From positions 2,108,001 to 2,172,000 of the forward strand of contig JAGIQG010000043.1 of the NCBI GenBank assembly GCA_024679065.1: a stretch of DNA of 64,000 nt, read 5' to 3'. Position numbers and translations under genes: made by a program. This document shows, piece by piece, positions 63,017 to 64,000 of the stretch (positions are counted from its first letter, which is position 1; the number at the start of each line of letters is the position of its first letter). The notes beneath the pieces are model-generated. The model had not been told where the DNA came from. It saw only the letters and a program-made list of their open reading frames with translations, and searched no databases. Source of the stretch: Sphyrna mokarran. Taxonomy: Eukaryota.

Positions 63017-63247
63017 TCATTTCCGGATCTTCTTTTTTGACCTTTTTTCCAATGCAGCCAAATCCAGGGAGATGTAGAGAGGTCCATCCTGAGACTGGGA
63101 AATATATTAAATAGAAATGCTCGAAGTGGTTAAAATAAAGGACTGTTTCCCAAAATTCATTTCGATGTATTTATTACAGGGGGTTCATTGCACTCACCTG
63201 TATTCTACGCTGCGTTTTCAAGTTTGCCACTTTTTGACCGTCATCCC
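63017..63247 (-). CDS. Putative last two cytoplasmic exons of a further receptor gene that starts beyond the window end
   Basis: 63247-63198: cacag|(G)DDGQKVANLKTQRRIQ|GTGAGT (phase 1 to 0). 103-nt intron. 63094-63017: tttcccag|SQDGPLYISLDLAALEKRSKKKIRK*. Same phase pattern and YxxL placement as the A/B tails. Confidence 0.5.
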
Positions 63248-63409
63248 CTGTGAGTTAAGGGTTAAATTACGAATTGAAATGTCACCCAAGCTATAGAATC
63301 TGTAAGTACATAGAAACATCGCGCGCCAATGACCACCTGTTTGTCAACAATTTAACGTGTGTTTTACAGAATCAGAAGTGTGCTTACATTAACTCTGCAA
63401 AGATGTTCC

Positions 63410-63648
63410 TATAAAAATCTCTCTCTCGCCACATCCCAGTGTTTGTTTTCCTGCACTGAGAGAGAACTTAGCATTGCCAACTCACCTAAGTAGCACCTCG
63501 TTTGGATTGTGGGCGGAGCACATGGAAAAAACACACGCGCACACAGGGAAAACATGCAGACTCGGCATAGACAGATACTCAAGCTAGGAATCGAACAAAG
63601 GTCCCTGATTTTGCGGGAGAGCAGTGCGAAGTACTGTGCCACCATGTC
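63410..63648 (-). mobile_element. tRNA-derived SINE
   Basis: Reverse complement reads ATGGTGGCACAGTACTTCGCACTGCT...GGGACCTTTGTTCGATTCC, followed by the SINE body. Confidence 0.7.
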
Positions 63649-63961
63649 ATTGCTTTAGGTTGCTAGGCTACAATCATTAACACACAGTCCACTGAAATTT
63701 CACCAACGTGACAAATATTCCACAATTCTTCAGAGGCAGTTAGATATGACATTGCACGTGAAGGGGACCAAAGGATGTGGGGAGAAGGCGCGATCATGCT
63801 ATTGAATTGGGTGATCACCCATGATCATAGTGAATGGCGAAGCAGCAGCGAAGGACAGATTGGTATCTTCCTGCTCCTATTTTGAATGTTTCTAAGTTAA
63901 GTGGCCAATGGATGAATGAGGAAAATCTCATGCCATTATCTGTCGCTGATTGTCCACCACA

Positions 63962-64000
63962 GGGCGGCACGGTAGCACGGTGGTTAGCACTGCTGCTTCA
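63962..64000 (+). mobile_element. 5' end of an HE1-like SINE (cut by the window edge)
   Basis: GGGCGGCACGGTAGCACGGTGGTTAGCACTGCTGCTTCA. Confidence 0.8.

Overview
Repeat-rich eukaryotic genomic DNA. The tRNA-derived HE1-like SINEs, CR1 and Rex1/Babar LINEs and Penelope remnants point to a cartilaginous fish (shark or ray; inference). There are two assembly gaps (13370-13469 and 15613-15792). The main biology is a cluster of immunoglobulin-superfamily genes built like Ig-light/TCR chains but pre-joined in the germline, with no RSS seen. Gene A (+, 3866-10348) and gene B (-, 46041-40445) are intact 6-exon paralogs of 308 aa each: leader, V+J (FGNG) in one exon, C1 domain, uncharged TM, and a tail ending in TLYARL (ITIM/ITSM-like). 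They sit in the arms of an ~11 kb inverted segmental duplication. Gene C (-, 17333-15937) is a divergent leader-V-C1 relative whose 3' exons are not visible. Two further exons at 63247-63017 (-) look like the YxxL-bearing tail of a fourth gene that starts beyond the window. Also present: a 553-bp near-perfect inverted repeat (29120-30454), a Penelope-type hammerhead-like motif, near-full-length CR1 LINEs and SINE/LINE-derived minisatellites. Exon models were read by eye from splice sites and reading phase. No database search was possible, and transposon boundaries are approximate.
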